Part shown: in pieces, positions 63,642-64,000 of the stretch | How the letters are laid out: the number at the start of each line of letters is the position of its first letter | Numbering within the stretch: the first letter of the stretch is position 1 | Assembly (NCBI GenBank): GCA_965140415.1 | Contig: OZ223209.1 | Coordinates: 5,120,001-5,184,000, forward strand | Reading direction: 5' to 3' | Source: Myxococcota bacterium | Lineage (GTDB): Bacteria; Myxococcota_A; SURF-8 | Length of the DNA: 64,000 nucleotides | Notes under the pieces: model-generated | The model's input: only the letters and a program-made list of their open reading frames with translations | Database searches by the model: none | Told to the model about the DNA's origin: nothing | Program-made: the position numbers and the translations under genes

Positions 63642-64000
63642 CTAGAACTGCACGAGCAGACCCAACCCGCCTTGTTTGTCTTCCACCGAGACCTGAGGGG
63701 TCAGGTTTACGATTGGTGGCTGTTTAACTTGCTGTAAAACCAGGCGTGTTTCGGGAGGCTCGGCAGGGTCCAGGCTGGCCGAATACTGCCGATAGGGCTG
63801 TAATTGCTTAACCGTGCCGGTATCCAACAGGGTTGCCGGAGCCCACCTGCTGGTCATAATCGATCCGGCGATGCCCATCGGCAATCCGGCTCCTACAAGA
63901 ATGCCGCCTGAAATGCCGGTTCCCGTTACAGCCTTTTTTGAAATGCCTTTTCCCGACAAGACGCCGCAGGTGATCAGCAACGCGGTTCCAAATGAGAACA
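63642..64000 (-). CDS. 3' end of a hypothetical protein (runs off the window)
   Basis: Open frame with Gly-rich hydrophobic segments, ending GGLGLLVQF. Confidence 0.65.
   Translation of the reverse strand, partial: FSFGTALLITCGVLSGKGISKKAVTGTGISGGILVGAGLPMGIAGSIMTSRWAPATLLDTGTVKQLQPYRQYSASLDPAEPPETRLVLQQVKQPPIVNLTPQVSVEDKQGGLGLLVQF

Overview
A GC-rich bacterial window whose gene content (MYXO-CTERM-type anchor, Cys-rich surface proteins, many lipoproteins) points to a Myxococcota/deltaproteobacterial-like organism; this placement is inference. No rRNA, tRNA, CRISPR array, transposase or reverse transcriptase was seen. Content, in order: a TlpA-like/ExbB/ExbD/Memo/diguanylate cyclase operon; thiC; a MarR-methyltransferase pair; a WbpE/WbpD/WbpB-like sugar operon; a TetR/GMC-linked four-subunit 2-hydroxyacyl-CoA dehydratase/benzoyl-CoA reductase-like cluster with ACS-like and CooC-like genes; a CarH/LitR-like regulator; rsmI-yraN; two AT-rich islets (cold-shock+DUF3825 with a DUF1413-like gene; NACHT+pentapeptide repeats); and a POT transporter. 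The most striking unexplained signals: (1) nine secreted proteins share Asp-Gly-Asp (DGD) repeat tracts, and two lipoproteins consist of almost nothing else; (2) a CarH-like locus without carotenoid genes, with matching 11-bp operator-like repeats in front of a 4x630-bp repeat lipoprotein gene and an unannotated 53-aa gene; (3) a ~290-nt extensively base-paired candidate RNA with its own terminator in that locus; (4) a ~130-bp dispersed repeat in three copies, plus several REP-like families. All family assignments come from motif recognition by eye, not database searches.
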